From NCBI GenBank assembly GCA_030390025.1, contig CM059431.1, positions 120,592,001-120,656,000 on the forward strand: a stretch of 64,000 bases of DNA, written 5' to 3'. The stretch comes from Squalus acanthias (Eukaryota). The position numbers and the translations under genes are program-made. Under the pieces are notes generated by a model that was not told where the DNA came from, made no database searches, and saw only the letters and a list, made by a program, of their open reading frames with translations. This document shows positions 26,814 to 39,705 of this stretch, one piece after another. The stretch's first letter is position 1; the number at the start of each line of letters is the position of its first letter.

Positions 26814-28025
26814 AGGGTTGATGAGGGCAATGCGGTTGACGTGGTGTATATGGACTTTCAAAAGGCGTTTGTTAAAGTGCCACATAATAGGCTTGCCAGC
26901 AAAGTTGAAGTCCATGGAATAAATGGGACAGTAACAGCATGGATACGAAATTGGGTAAGTGACAGGAAACAGAGTAGTGGTGAACAGTTGTTTTTCGGGC
27001 TGGAGGAAGGTATACAGTGATGTTCCCCAGGGGTCGGTACTGGGACCACTGCTTTTCTTGATATATATTAATGACTTGGACTTGGGAGTAAAGGGAACAA
27101 TTTCAAAATTTGCAGATGACACAAAATTTGGAAGTATAGTGAACAGTGAGAAGGATAGTGATAGACTTCAAGAAGACATAGACAGGCTAGTGAAATGGGC
27201 AGACAGGTGGCAGATGAAATTTAACGCAGAAAAGTGCAAAGTGATACATTTTGGTAGGAAGAACGAGGAGAGGCAATATAAACTGAAGGGTACAATCCTA
27301 AAGGGGGTGCATGAACAGAGAGACCTAGGGTATGTGTGCACAAATCATTGAAGGTGGCAGGGCAGGTTGAGACAGTAGTTAAAAAAGTATACGGGATACT
27401 GGGCATCATAAATAGAAGCATAGAGTACAAAAGCGAGGAAGTTATGATGAACCTTTATAAATCACTGGTTCGGCCTCAACTGGAGTATTGTGTCCAATTC
27501 TGGGCACCGCACTTTAGGAAGGATGTGAAGGCCTTACAGAGGGTGCAGAAAAGATTTACGAGAATGATTCCAGGGATGAGGGACTTCAGTTACGAGGATA
27601 GACTAGAGAGGCTGGGGTTGTTCTCCTTAGAGCAGAGGAGGTTGAGACGAGATTTGATAGAGGTATTCAGAATCATGAGTGGTCTGGACAGAGTAGATAG
27701 AGAGAAGCTGTTCCCATTAGCGGAAGGGTCGAGTACCAGAGGGCACAGATTCAAGGTGACTGTCAAAAAAAACAAAGGCTACATGAGGAAAAACATTTTT
27801 ACGCAGCGAGTGGTTAGGATCTGGAATGCACTGCCTGAAAGTGTGGTGGAGGCAGACTCAATCGTGGCTTTCAAAAGGGAATTGGATAAGTACCTGAAGG
27901 AAAAATAATTGCAGGGCTACTGTGAAAGGGCAGGGGGAGTGGGACTAGCTGAAGTGCTCTTGCAGAGAGCTGGCATGGGCTCGACAGGCCGAATGGCCTC
28001 CTTCTGTGCTGTAACCATTCTATGA
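26814..28025 (+). mobile_element. CR1 LINE RT C-terminal half plus 3' UTR
   Basis: [52 protein letters not shown]; 3' ggccgaatggcctcc. Confidence 0.93.
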
Positions 28026-28169
28026 AAATACATAATTTAGTCCTGGCAAGGTAAGAATGTGTGGCAAGTTATCATTATGTAGATGATCATATTTACTCAC
28101 TGTTGAAATCAAGTCAACGTGACTGAGTGCCGTATGACCTGTGAGTGGTTAATATTTAATTATTTCATC

Positions 28170-28760
28170 AGGCAGCTGGGAGCGCCCTGTCTCCCCATCT
28201 CCGACAGCCAGGGACGTCGAAACTCAACTGATCTCCAATGCCTCATTCTCTGCGTTTTTCAGTTGCAAGATGTTTGGAGGACCACCTCCAGTTCTGCTCC
28301 TTTCTATCGTGTTCTGTGCGCTCTCTTCCTCTGCAATGAGGGAAAGACAGACCTATGAGTGAGTGTAACGGCATGTGTTCACCCGATGGATGGAGTGCAT
28401 TTGGTGAGGGTGGTGGGTACACCTGCACGGTAAGTGGGTGTGAGGAGTGATGTGATGGAGTAGGATTGAGAAGGTAGAGTGATGGGGTTGGGCTGAAGCA
28501 CACAGCAGGTGAATGTGCAACTGTACTCATCTTTCCTAACCTGGTTAGACCATTAACCGCTTCCTGCACTACATCCAGGAGCATGGCACTATGCCCCTGC
28601 TAGTCTCCTCCTTGGCAACCTCCAACCACGCCTTCTTCGTTTCTGCCACAGGTTTTCTCCTGGGGAATAGTATGGCCCTCCGGCTCCTCACAGGCCCCAG
28701 CAGCACATCAAGGGAGACATCAGTGAACCGGGGTGTAGCCCTTGAACGTCTCAAATCCAT
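28170..28760 (-). pseudogene. Harbinger Myb/SANT gene remnant (exons 1-2)
   Basis: MDLRRSRATPRFTDVSLDVLL...WLEVAKE...CRKR; conserved acceptor ttccctcattgcag at ~28331-28344. Confidence 0.75.
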
Positions 28761-29379
28761 TGTTGAAGTTGTTCCTCTCTTCTTCTCAACTCCAACTCCT
28801 CCAAATTGCATCTTTGGATTGGCCCTTTGAATACTGGAATTGAGATCGCGTAATGCTGGTCCTCATCACGCCTGCTGCCGCTAACTGGACGGCAAACCCG
28901 GGAGTAAAATGTTAATGAGGTGGCTGAGGTAAAAAGCCACTGACAGACACGCTGAACATACTTCCGGGTTTCCTACGCGATATTGGACCCCACTCCAAAT
29001 GCATCTCCCATTCAATATTCGGGCCTTTGGATTCAAAGTAGTGGAAGTGACCCCCAGCCAAAACTTTTTGTGCAGAATTACACTCCTGTCTGGGATTTTC
29101 ACCTTTATAATCTCTTCCTGTCTATGGACCACTCAGCGCTGCCACCTTCACAGTGGTGGTCATTTCTAGGAGTGGTAACTGGGTAAAAACACAGGGAAAT
29201 TACAGGGGGCACTGGGTTGTGTCCCCTACTTCATTTATATGTGGCAGCAGGCAGATCAGAGTCACAGGACAGAAATCATGGTGGCCATTTTTAGCGATAG
29301 AGTGGAAGGTCTCTCCATCTCATTTTACTTCCCTGATGCCTCTACACAGCCAAAAAAAATAAACCCTAGGCCTCAGTGC

Positions 29380-29763
29380 CAGGTTGGCACAGTTGGTAGT
29401 GTTACATGTTACTGAGTTTGAAAGTTGTGTAATCAAACCTGACTCCAGAACATCAGCACATAATCAAAGCAGATATTTCAGTGCAGCATTGAGGGTAGGC
29501 TGCATTTTTGGAGGTGCCGTCTTTCAGATGAAATGTTAAAATCTGTTCAAGTGGACATAAAATATGCCAAGACACTGTGAGAAAGAACAGATGTCTTAGC
29601 CAACATTTATCCCTCAACCAATACCAACAAAACAGAATAATTAGTCATTTATATTATTGCTGTTTGAGGGACTTTGCTGCATACAAATTAGCTGTCACTT
29701 TTGCCTACATGACAGTGATTACATGTTGAGAAATAATTGATTAGCTGTGAAGCACTTTGGGAT
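29380..29763 (+). mobile_element. DeuSINE (SacSINE1/AmnSINE1-like) SINE, degraded
   Basis: ggaggtgccgtctttcagatga...aacatttatccctcaacc...ttgctgtttgaggga...agctgtgaagcactttgggat. Confidence 0.75.
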
Positions 29764-29764
29764 T

Positions 29765-30560
29765 TCTTTTTATATTATTCATTCATGGGATGTGGGCATC
29801 GCTGGCAAGGCCAGCATTTATTGCACATCCCTAATTGCCCTTGAGAAGGTGGTGGTGAGCCGCCTTCTTGAACCGCTGCAGTCCATGTGGTGAAGGTACT
29901 CCCACAGTGCTGTTAGGGAGGGAGTTCCAGGATTTTGACCCACCGGCGATGGATGAACGGTGATATACTTTCCAAGTCAGGATGGTGTGTGACTTGGAGG
30001 GGAACTTGGAGATGGTGGTATTTCCATGCGCCTGCTGCCCTTGTCCTTCTAGGTGGAAGAGATTGCGGGTTTGGGAGGTGCTGTCGAAGAAGCCTTAGTG
30101 AGTTGCTGCAGTGCATCTTGTAGATGGTACACACTGCAGCCACTGTATGCTGGTGGTGGAGGGAGTGAATGTTTAAAGTGGTGGATGGGGTGCCAATCAA
30201 GCGGGCTGCTTTGTCCTGGATGGTGTTGAGCTTCTTGAGTGTTGTTGGAGCTGCACTCATCCAGGCAAGTGTAGAGTATTCCATCACACTCCTGACTTGT
30301 GCCCTGTAGATGATGGAATGGCTTTGGGGAGTCAGGAGGTGAGACACTCGCTGCAGAATACCTAGCCTTTGACCTGCTCTTGTTGCCACAGCATAGATGT
30401 GGTTAGTCCAGTTAAGTTTCTGGTCAATGGTGACCCCCCAGGATGTTGATGGTTGGTGATTCGGCGATGGTAATGCCGTTGAATGTCAAGGGGCAGTGGT
30501 TAGACTTTCGCTTGTTATAGATAGTCATTGCCTGGCACTTGTGTGGTGCGAATGTTACTT
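29765..30560 (-). mobile_element. 3' fragment of the same LINE family as 17005-20012
   Basis: QVRSVMEYSTLAWMSAAPTTLKKLNTIQDKAARLI and matching 3' tail. Confidence 0.9.
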
Positions 30561-30663
30561 TCTTGAAGATGTTAAAATAATTATATAAACTGTAGGTTGT
30601 TTCTTCCTTTAATCTCATAAATCATAGAATCATAAAATCATACAGCACAAAAGGAGGCCATTT

Positions 30664-30965
30664 GGCAACACGGTGGCATAGTGGTTAGCACTGTTGCCTC
30701 ACAGCACCAGGGACCCGGGGGACTGTCTGTGTGGAGTTTGCACATTCTCCCCGTGTCTGCGTGGGTTTCCTCCGGGTGCTCCGGTTTCCTCCCACAGTCC
30801 AAAGATGAGCGGGTTAGGTTGATTTGGCTATGATAAATTGACCCTTAGTGTTAGGGGGGATTAAATACGTGGGGTTACGGGGATAGGGTGGGATATGTGT
30901 CGGCGCAGGCTCGATGGGCCAAAATGGCCTCTATCTGCACTGTGGGGATTCTGTGATTCTGTGAT
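30664..30965 (+). mobile_element. HE1-like V-SINE (tRNA-derived head, V domain, CR1-type tail); B box deleted
   Basis: A box tggcatagtgg; V domain tgtgtggagtttgcacattctccccgtgtctgcgtgggtttcctccgggtgctccggtttcctcccacagtccaaaga; tail gggccaaaatggcct. Confidence 0.88.
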
Positions 30966-31918
30966 ATCAGATGCCCACAATTTTCCAATATCTACGACTG
31001 ACCAATGAGGTGCCCTGCTGGCAGTGAAAACTCGGAAAGCTATTCCCCCCAAAATCCTCCTAGGCCTCTGTTCAGATTAAAATGGTTCTCAGATAAAGGA
31101 CTACCACTTGTACTATTTAATAAGTACAAGCAGTGGAGAACCTTAGAAGTAATTGATAAATGCAAGTAGCTGATGACATGCTTCTGCTGTCTGTAACAAT
31201 GAAGTGCAAGTCTTTATAGGGCTCTGGCATATTCAATTTGACAAAGGGTTTGATAGTCCTCAGGTCCTCCAATTATTTCCCCACCTCTCCTGAAGTCACA
31301 TAGCAGGATATAGTTTAATGGATGCCAATTCATTAGTAGATGCATATGACTATGCTATTTGAGCATGGGACAGTATCACAGCAAAGTCTGATCGTGTCCT
31401 TATCAGATTGTGCACCCATACAATTCCCAGCAGGAGAATTGGACAGCAATCAGGAGCAGGATATTTTCCGTTCCCTACACCCGAGTGTTGGAGCTAATTA
31501 TCTGCCCCTACTGTTGGTCTGGTTTTAGTTTTCTTATGTTAAATTTGGCCCTGAATCTTTTTTTTTAATTTTCTCCCCTTCATAAGCTTGTACCTGCCGT
31601 ATGATCTTTTACTAGGCGGAGGGGCCTTTCCATACTCAATTGCCAGAAGCTATGCTTGCTGACAGAGTAGCCTATCCTCCACTTCTTATGCTATAGCCCC
31701 GATATTAAGTCAGGGCAAGAATCAGGCAGGCGGGGGCCAAGATGGACGGCAGCATGAGATTTTCCTGTTCAAAACCGGTGAGGACTGACTGGCTGGCAAG
31801 CAGGAGTGCAGGCGAAGGCTCGGCAAGGAAAGTCATAATAATTAAAAAGACTTACCTTCTTGAGCCTCTTCTGGATCCAACTCCTCTTACCGCTAGGTGG
31901 GCCTGGCAGGAAAGCCAC

Positions 31919-32594
31919 TGTAAGATGTTTCCTTTCGGGACATCACAGGTTTAAGATTCTGACCCGAGAACTATAAGTGAGCAACTGACTTTATTGAGAC
32001 GTCAGAGATCTAAGGTTACAATACAATGTCAAAACTAAACTGGTTGCAATACAATGCCCGTCACCACTAACATATGTTGCGGAGAGGATATACATACGAT
32101 CACCCATGGATGGTCAGTTCGTGTTGATTGTAGGTTCTTTGGGCCGACCGACCAAGTCACACCCCTCTTCCGACTGCAGCCCTATCCTCGTAGGCGAGAT
32201 GTCTGGCCAGGCCACCTCTTCTGACTGCAGCAGGTCCTCGCAGGCGAGATGACTGGCCAAACCACGTCTTCCGACTGCAGCCCTATCCTCGTAGACGAGA
32301 TGACTGGCCAGGCCACCTCTTTCGACTGCAGCCCTATCCTCGTAGGCGAGATGACTGGCCAAACCACCTCCTTCCGACTGCAGCCCTATCCTCGTAGGCG
32401 AGATGACTGGCCAGGCCACCTCTTCCGACTGCAGCCCTATCCTCGTAGGTGAGATGACTGGCCAGGCCACCTCTTCCGACTGCAGCCCTATCCTCGTAGG
32501 CGAGATGACTGGCCAAACCACCTCCTTCCGACTGCAGTGAAGTTACCTTTTTAGGCATTGTCTTTTATTCTTCTCGGTAACCCACTCTGTGACA
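31919..32594 (-). mobile_element. LTR-like insert (676 bp) containing a tandem array
   Basis: TG...CA ends; minus-strand AATAAA (tttatt ~31991) near its 3' end; no clear TSD. Confidence 0.45.
32163..32537. repeat. Tandem repeat, ~7.3 x 51 bp
   Basis: Unit cttccgactgcagccctatcctcgtaggcgagatgactggccaggccacct; eight gactgcag occurrences spaced 50-52 bp. Confidence 0.95.
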
Positions 32595-34670
32595 TAGTTG
32601 GAGCCCAACCTGCATATTGAAAGAAGAACCCCACCAGTTCCCAGTGGGTGTCCCTGTCACCTGCTCAGCTTAAAACCGTAGCCTATGGGATCAGTGTGTG
32701 ACTTCAACGGGTAAGTCGCATGGGCGATTTTAACTGCCCTCCCACCCGAGTTCCGCTGAGCGGGCAGAGTTAAAATCACCCCTTATGTATTTGTTTTCCT
32801 CCCAAGATGAGATGATTCATTACTGCAGGGCATCTAAACCAGCAGGCAAGCTGAGAACTGATGACATTTATCACATATCTGTATTGCTAATGTAAGTGTC
32901 AGGCAACCCAGGGACTTAAAGTCAGGATCACACGGCCGTGACACGAACATCTTAGCTGCTATGTTAAGGTATTATTTTCTCACAGCTTTTTTCTTATGTT
33001 TTTACCTGAGTCCAATCACAAACAACATGACTTCATAAGTTTGGATAGTTTAATGCACCACTGACTGACAAGAACTCAAATTTAGAAGCATTAAAAACCT
33101 CTTTACTTGGATAACATCAATGTTATCGCTGTTTGTAGCTGATGGGTACTTAAAAGCTCTGGATTTGCCTGCAAGTCTGCTTTCTATTATCACCCCTTTT
33201 GGACTAGCAGCTGCTGGAATAATTCAATGTGCTGTACTCGAACTAGAAATAGCTCAGCACTAAAAATAGGTCTCATTCCAAATTGACCTTTTAGAACTCA
33301 ATTTCCTTTCAAAATACGATTAAGCCCCAACTCTATAAAGGCAAAATTATGAAAATGTACAGAATAACAGAATATCTTTTAGTGAGCTGTATTTTTTAAA
33401 AACTTTATGTCAGCAACATGTCCTGGGAAATCATAATCAGCCTGGGTTGGCCATTTCTTAACCAGTTTTTAGTTCACACACCAGGACACAAAATCATTCA
33501 CAAATAATGCAGTAAAAAAAGCTAATCAAATGTCAGAAATCATTTCTCTGCTGTGATATTCCACTTCACCTTTTAATGTAAATACTTAAAACATTTTTTT
33601 TTAAATTAAGCACTTTACATCTGTTCTTCTCGACTTCCCTTTTCCCCCCATCTTCCTCCCAATTCTGTCTCCTATTTTTATTACACTAACTTTACTCCTA
33701 CTTTTACTATTAAATCTAAGCTAGTGGGGCAGATTTTCCTGTTACTGTGCTTGGATTGCTTGGGGGCATTGCGTAGAAGTGAATTAGGCGGGGGTATCGG
33801 GCACCGCTAATGAGTTCATCTACATGGCTTGGGTGGTAAATTGGTGGAGTGGATCCCCTGCCTGTTATAGAACTCGTCTGATTTTTATTTCCATTGATTA
33901 CTGCATTGGATATCATTCATTTTTCAAATCATTACCATCTCTTATAAAATCTTCAAGCAGAAAGTAATTGAATCTCAGACAATAAGATATTATTAGAACC
34001 AGATTTGTTCAGCTGCCTAAGAAATTGTTATGTAAATATATGTTGGTGTATCTGCCTGGAGGTTGGTGAGACATGTCAGTTGTTAAATGCAAAATACTCA
34101 AAACAAACCGAATTCATTTGAAGGTTTTAATTTTCCTTATTTCAAATTGTCCATGTTAACTTAACATTGTTCACAATGTTTAATAACAATATACATTTTA
34201 ACTACCATGGGAAAGAAGTTAGCTGCCATTAGGAATAAAACCACAATTCTCGTTACCTAGATCTGAATAAGGCCACTGTCAAATTCATATTATATAAAAC
34301 CTTTCATTGGAGCTGTGCTTCTTATTCAAAAAAATGCACCAAAATTTGACATTTTCTTATTCGTTTTGCACGACATCATTTTTTTTTGTGTGTGTTCTTT
34401 TTAAACAAATGTACAATACAACCTTAGTGTAGTGTATGCTAATATAAAAATGATTTAGAAAAATTGCCCAGGACTGTAAAGTCTCACTTTGATAAATTTC
34501 TTCTCTAGACCAAATTCTAATGACCTAAACTGAGTACTGCTTGAGCTCCCCGATTCGGAGCTAGGCATTTATTTTAAACATTGATCATGTTGATGTGAAA
34601 AATGTTGCTATGGAGGCAATAAAATAGGTAATGCAGGAGTCACCAAAATTTATATACTCTTCCCACTCAC

Positions 34671-34766
34671 TTAGCACTGGAGATTTTTAAGCTTTTGCTT
34701 ATCGCCTCAGCCTGGTTAGCATTGTATGAGGCAATCAATGGTTCCTGCACTGATTCAATGTGAAGC
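34671..34766 (-). CDS. Candidate coding exon (96 bp; xLHIESVQEPLIASYNANQAEAISKSLKISSAx)
   Basis: Acceptor tgtcttgacctgcag|, donor TAA|gtgagt; open frame; phase 2/2, compatible with 38573-38628 upstream and 2205-2353 downstream. Confidence 0.45.
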
Positions 34767-37349
34767 CTGCAGGTCAAGACATTTAAATGAAGGTACTGGA
34801 TACATTTTATTGTTGTTTGTGAATCAGGGAGATTATTCCTGGTATACTACATCTTAGTTAGAATTGGTAAACTAGATTTCCACCCCCCCCAAAGTTCAGC
34901 TAAGTCAGGGGTTCTCATTATTTCTACCGCGGGCTACATCCTCACACAGTGTCGTGCAGTCTGCTCAGAATCTGGCAGAGAGATTCATATCTCATGAAGA
35001 GTAAAATGACTGCAGCTATTTGTTCTGAACATCCCTTAAAGGTATAAGGTACGAAGAAAACAAGTAGATTACCACTTGTTGTTTTTACCATTTAATACAA
35101 GTAATTCATGATTTAAGTAGTTCATAACATTATTTTAACCTACAGTCTTTGCAGCAAATGTATTATTGATATCAATACCCACTAAAACTGTTAGATATGC
35201 TCAAAATAGATGATTTAAATTAGGTTTCCTATATTCAGCTAAGGACGTTTCTTATTTGTTTACAGGAATACCATAAGAAAAATCTCATTGGGACTCATTT
35301 TGAGTGCCTCTGATCAAAATGACCATTTATAGAGTTATGTTATAGTTCATTATGTTATTGTAACAGTAACTGCTTGCTGCATTGTATTCTAAATTTGTGA
35401 AATGTTATGAAGTATGGATGAAATAGTAGGGAGAAAACAGGATAACATAGTTCTCATTAATAATCCTGGAAAGGCTTTCATGTATCATCCGATTTGTGGT
35501 AAAACGGCTATACTTTCACCACTATGATACTTTAGCGCTGACCTCTGTTCAAAACTTAATGTAATTACTGATGAAGAAGAAAAATAGAAAAAGAAAATAA
35601 GTCACCTTTTTTGCTCCAGTGGAATATAAGCAAAGTGTCTTCAAGTAGTGCACTTGTTGTCAGAGGCTCTTTATTTTAGGAATGGGTTATGAGATGATCT
35701 GGAACATGAAGGTCTTATACATAGAAGCAGCCAAGAAAAGTATAAAATATAAATTTGTTTTGGATGGTAGCAGAAACAGGCGATAGTGAATCGGCAGCCT
35801 GTTTCGCACTCCAACCAATCTTCTTTTCCGTTGACTTGAATGGAAAAAAGAAATGTGCTGAGTGTAAAAATGAGCTGCCGATTTGCTTCCGGCCAAGATA
35901 AATTTATACCCCACTATCTCTTGCTTCAAGGCAATATTTAATAAATTCCTCCTTGGGCAAAGTGTGAGGAACAACCATGTGCATATCAAGTGGATGACAT
36001 GAATAAGAAAGTACATTCGTGAAATAAAACTTCAAATTGAGAGCAGTTATAAATTAGGCACCCACCTGAAGACATCATCAAATTGTAAATATATAAAATT
36101 ACAACCTACTAATTTTGATTTGTCAGCTTAATGTTGTATTGCGTGGGTTGTAAAGGCACATTCACACATCCCTGGTTCCCACACATTTTTATCCAATGTT
36201 TATTAAACTACTTCTTGAAGAATGTTCCAGCTCTCACAGGAAAAAAAAAATGCTGTTCTGCCTTCCCTAATGGATATGCTCTTAAAAGCCGACTTTACTA
36301 AAAAAAAAGATTAATTGCATTTATTGATGTGTCTAGTTGGACATACCAGGTGATAAACAAAAGCAGGCAGCTGAGAATCTCTGCTGCACTCACTTCCCTT
36401 ACACCACAACTTTGAGATTGAACTCCGTTATACAAAATGCAGGGGTGGGCCCATCATTTTCATCCGCCACAAATGGGCGGGGTCATTGCAATGGTACGTA
36501 AATGAGGAAAAGATGCCATTGGCAGCTTTGGATGGCTATAAATCCCTGGCATCCAGAATTATTGAGGCTGCCTGGCTGGCAGAGGGAGATTGGGAAAAGG
36601 GGATTGTGGGGGTGGGCGGCGCGGTGGGGGGAAGTTGGGAGAGGTCTGATCTTATAATGCACTCAATGGCTCATCAATCAACTGGATTGCCTAATTTGTC
36701 AGAAACTGACAGCTATACTTTTAACAGATTGCATTTTCTACAGCCCCGCAGACCCTCCTTACACTGTGACTAGGGGCCACAGCGTTATTCCTTCCTCCCG
36801 GTCAGGCAGACACTCCAGAACAGTCCCCCCTTTCCCTTCCTAATATATTTAAAGCAGTCTGATCTTTGGATTTCTAATTGGATTAAGGACTAAGTGGGTG
36901 GGCGGAAGTTCTGCTTTGCCCCAGATCCATTGTTTCCCCCTCCACCTGCACCCACCTGCCCCCACCCCCCACGCTCTCCTCAGGAATTTCAGCATCTGTT
37001 TAGTGGGGATGAATAGTTGTGTTTTATGGAGTTTCAGGTTCAGGGCTGGCATAGTTGTTGAAAAAATAAAAGCAAGACAAGAAAATGAATATGGAGCTCT
37101 TCTTCCACTATGGCACCAGGGAATTTAAAGCCTAAAATTGACTGTCAGTGATTGTATTGTACAAAGCTTATTACTCTCATTTCAAATTCCACTACCTTAA
37201 CGGCAATATTGAACCATTTATTGTAAACAGGCTAGTGCCTCTGTTAAATAGTACAGAGAAGTATTTGACATGAGTGTGTTAAGCATTTGTACAGTAACAT
37301 TGTCAAAAGTAATTTCTAATCTATGATTACTTATTTCTAAACTGGAAGG

Positions 37350-38535
37350 TGCAAGGTTTCCAAAATTTACAGATCCCCAAAACCTAAGGAAAAAGGACTT
37401 TGGAACTGCCTCAGAGTGATGAAAATGCATTTGGGCCGAACATAAGGAATTTAAGACCAAAAACCAAGTTTTAGCATTTTAAAAACACGTCTGGGCCTGT
37501 AAAGGGAGAAAAGGCTGTGAAGGAAGCTGGGTTCGACCTCTGTAAAAGCAGTATGGGTATTGCAGTTAATTGCAATGTCTGGGGAATTGGGATGACCTCA
37601 CTCAAAGCCCCAGCAAGCATTAACATTTTGACAATAGACCCTAGGAGGAGACAGTCCCACCCAAAATAACAGGCCCCATCAAACCGTTTACAGAACCCAT
37701 TAAAGACATGCATAAAGCAAATATTCTATACGAAGTCCTAGACCCAGTCAAGGAACCCAAAACATGAGGACAATTCAAACTCCGATTAAACAACAGATCG
37801 ACAGGATGGAGCTATCCTGAAACCACTTCACACATTTACAAAACCAGTTAACACGCTAGTAAAGTCGTTACTGTTAACGAGGTCTTACAATGACTGGGAT
37901 TTGATTTGGTTTTGACAAGGCCACTTCAATTTAGTATAATTGAAGGCCCATCAAGCAAGAAAGGAGTAACAACAGTTCAAGTTCGAGTTCTCCAGCAAGG
38001 AGTTCAACAAGCAGGCAGAAGGCAGTTTCCACAGAGGTAGAGTTCAACTGAAAGAAGTTCAACAAAGTAGGCCAACAGCTCCAGACATAGGCCGACACGC
38101 AAGAAGAGACCAGAGAGACCGCCTCAGTGACCATCGGACACCTCGCGGCAACAAGGGCCTTACGAAACCTTTTACTCAAAAGACTCTAAACCCTAACTCT
38201 CAACTGTCAAGGATTCGTTTGGTGAGCATTATCCCTGGTTCTCCAGAGTCCAACCTAGCTAGTGAAGTGGGATTGGGAGGGGTGAAGTATTCTTCTAATG
38301 TTATTTCCCTCGCTTGTACCGAAGTGTTCCCCACCTTTAGAGTGTTAAGAGTGTTTGTGTTGTGTTTTACTTTCTTGAATAAAGATCGAAGTACTTTCAT
38401 CAAACTCAGTTGTCTGCTGCACCTTTTGTATCACAACCCCCAAATAAGTCCAAGGTCTAGAACCAAGGGAGTGGAAGCGATTCGAACCGTTCAGAAGTCA
38501 GAGGCAAAGCTGACACAAAAACACCACCGCCTACA
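37350..38535 (+). mobile_element. Solo-LTR-like element (1186 bp) flanked by a 22-25-bp direct repeat
   Basis: tgcaagg...cctaca ends; aataaa ~38378; tacttatttctaaactggaagg at 37328-37349 and 38539-38560. Confidence 0.7.
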
Positions 38536-38572
38536 TAATACTTATTTCTAAACTGGAAGGAATCATACATAC

Positions 38573-38628
38573 TTATAATCAAAGGATATGATAGGGTGTC
38601 CTCTGTCAGACTGAAGAAACTGCAGATA
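38573..38628 (-). CDS. Candidate coding exon (56 bp; YLQFLQSDRGHPIISFDYx)
   Basis: Acceptor ccatttctcttgccag|, donor TAA|gtatgt; phase 0/2 reading is open. Confidence 0.4.
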
Positions 38629-38749
38629 CTGGCAAGAGAAATGGGACAAATCCCCATCCCAACCAGTGTGCCAGGATAAAGTCATTACCAAAATCTGCTT
38701 CAGTGATCTTTTCATCTTAATTCACATGCTTCATCCTCTGGGATTCAGT

Positions 38750-38947
38750 GGGGGGGGGAAATTCAGCTTTGGCAGAGGTGCAACACGGGCGTTAGCTGAT
38801 AGGCCACCCGTTACACGCCCTGCCTGATTTTCCTTTCCATTGACTTCACTGAATATTGCCTGTTATACACCCCACCCAATTTTCCTTGCATTGAAGTCAA
38901 TAAATAACGTCTGTTCTGTGCCCTCGCCGGAGTTGAATTTTGTTTCC
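38750..38947. mobile_element. Small Harbinger-type MITE; similar remnants near 33726-33915 and 35745-35912
   Basis: ggggggaaattcagc...gttgaattttgtttcc ends with internal ccattgacttca / ttgaagtcaat palindrome halves. Confidence 0.5.
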
Positions 38948-39667
38948 ACTTTCTTCTCCAACTCAGAATATCAACGCAAAAGAAATGAAGTTTTAGAAAT
39001 TCTTTGTAACTACTATTTCTAAAGGAGCATTAATCATAGATTCATAGAAATTCATGGCACAGTAGGAGGACATTCGGCCCATCGTGTCTGTGCCGGCCGA
39101 AAAAGAGCTATCCAGCCTTTTCCCACTTTCCAGTTCTTGGTCCACAGCCCTGTAGGTTACGACACTTCAAGTGCATATCCAAGTACTATTTAAACGTGAT
39201 GAGGGTTTCTGCCTCTACCACCCTTTCAGGCAGCGAGTTTCAGACCCCCACCACCTTCTGGGTGAAAAAAGTTCTCCTCAACTCCCCTCTAATCCTTCTA
39301 CCAATTACTTTAAATCAATACCCCTTGATTATTGACCACTCTGCTAAGGGAAATAGGTCCTTCCTATCCACTCTATCTAGACCCATCATAATATTAAACA
39401 CCTCAATAAAGTATTCCCTCAGCCTCCTCTGTTCCAAAGAAAACAATCCCAGCCTATCCTATCTTTCCTCATAGCTAAAATTCTCCAGTCCTCGCAACAT
39501 CCTCGTAAATCTCCTCTGTACCCTCTCTAGGGAAATCACATCTTTCCTGTAATGTGGTGACCGGAACTGTATGCAGTACTCGAGCTGTGGCCTAACTAGT
39601 GTTTTATATATTTCAAAAGTGAGAATTCGCACAACACCAGGTTATAGTCCAACAATTTTATTTGAAA

Positions 39668-39705
39668 TCACAAGCTTTCGGAACTGCTGCCCCTTCGTCA
39701 AGTGA
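39668..39705 (-). ncRNA. Minimal type I hammerhead ribozyme motif with a C3->U change
   Basis: Minus strand tcac-ttgacga-a-ggggc agca gttcc-gaaa-gctt-gtga. Confidence 0.6.

Larger units (their letters stand above)
24291..29025. mobile_element. Harbinger of a second subfamily, disrupted by L2 (24614-25540) and CR1 (26814-28025)
   Basis: Weak inverted ends gaggggaatttt / aatattcgggcc; transposase + and Myb - convergent. Confidence 0.75.
31695..32782 (-). mobile_element. GC-rich non-autonomous Harbinger-like element hosting an LTR-like insert
   Basis: Ends gccccgatattaa / ttaaaatcacccc; reverse-complement similarity to 58028-58876. Confidence 0.6.

Noticed and set aside
30664..30725. tRNA gene
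   Set aside because: tRNA-derived SINE head with the B box deleted, running into the V domain
32163..32537. CRISPR-like array or repeat-protein gene
   Set aside because: Units are contiguous with no unique spacers, the context is eukaryotic, and 1-bp indels break the 17-codon frame
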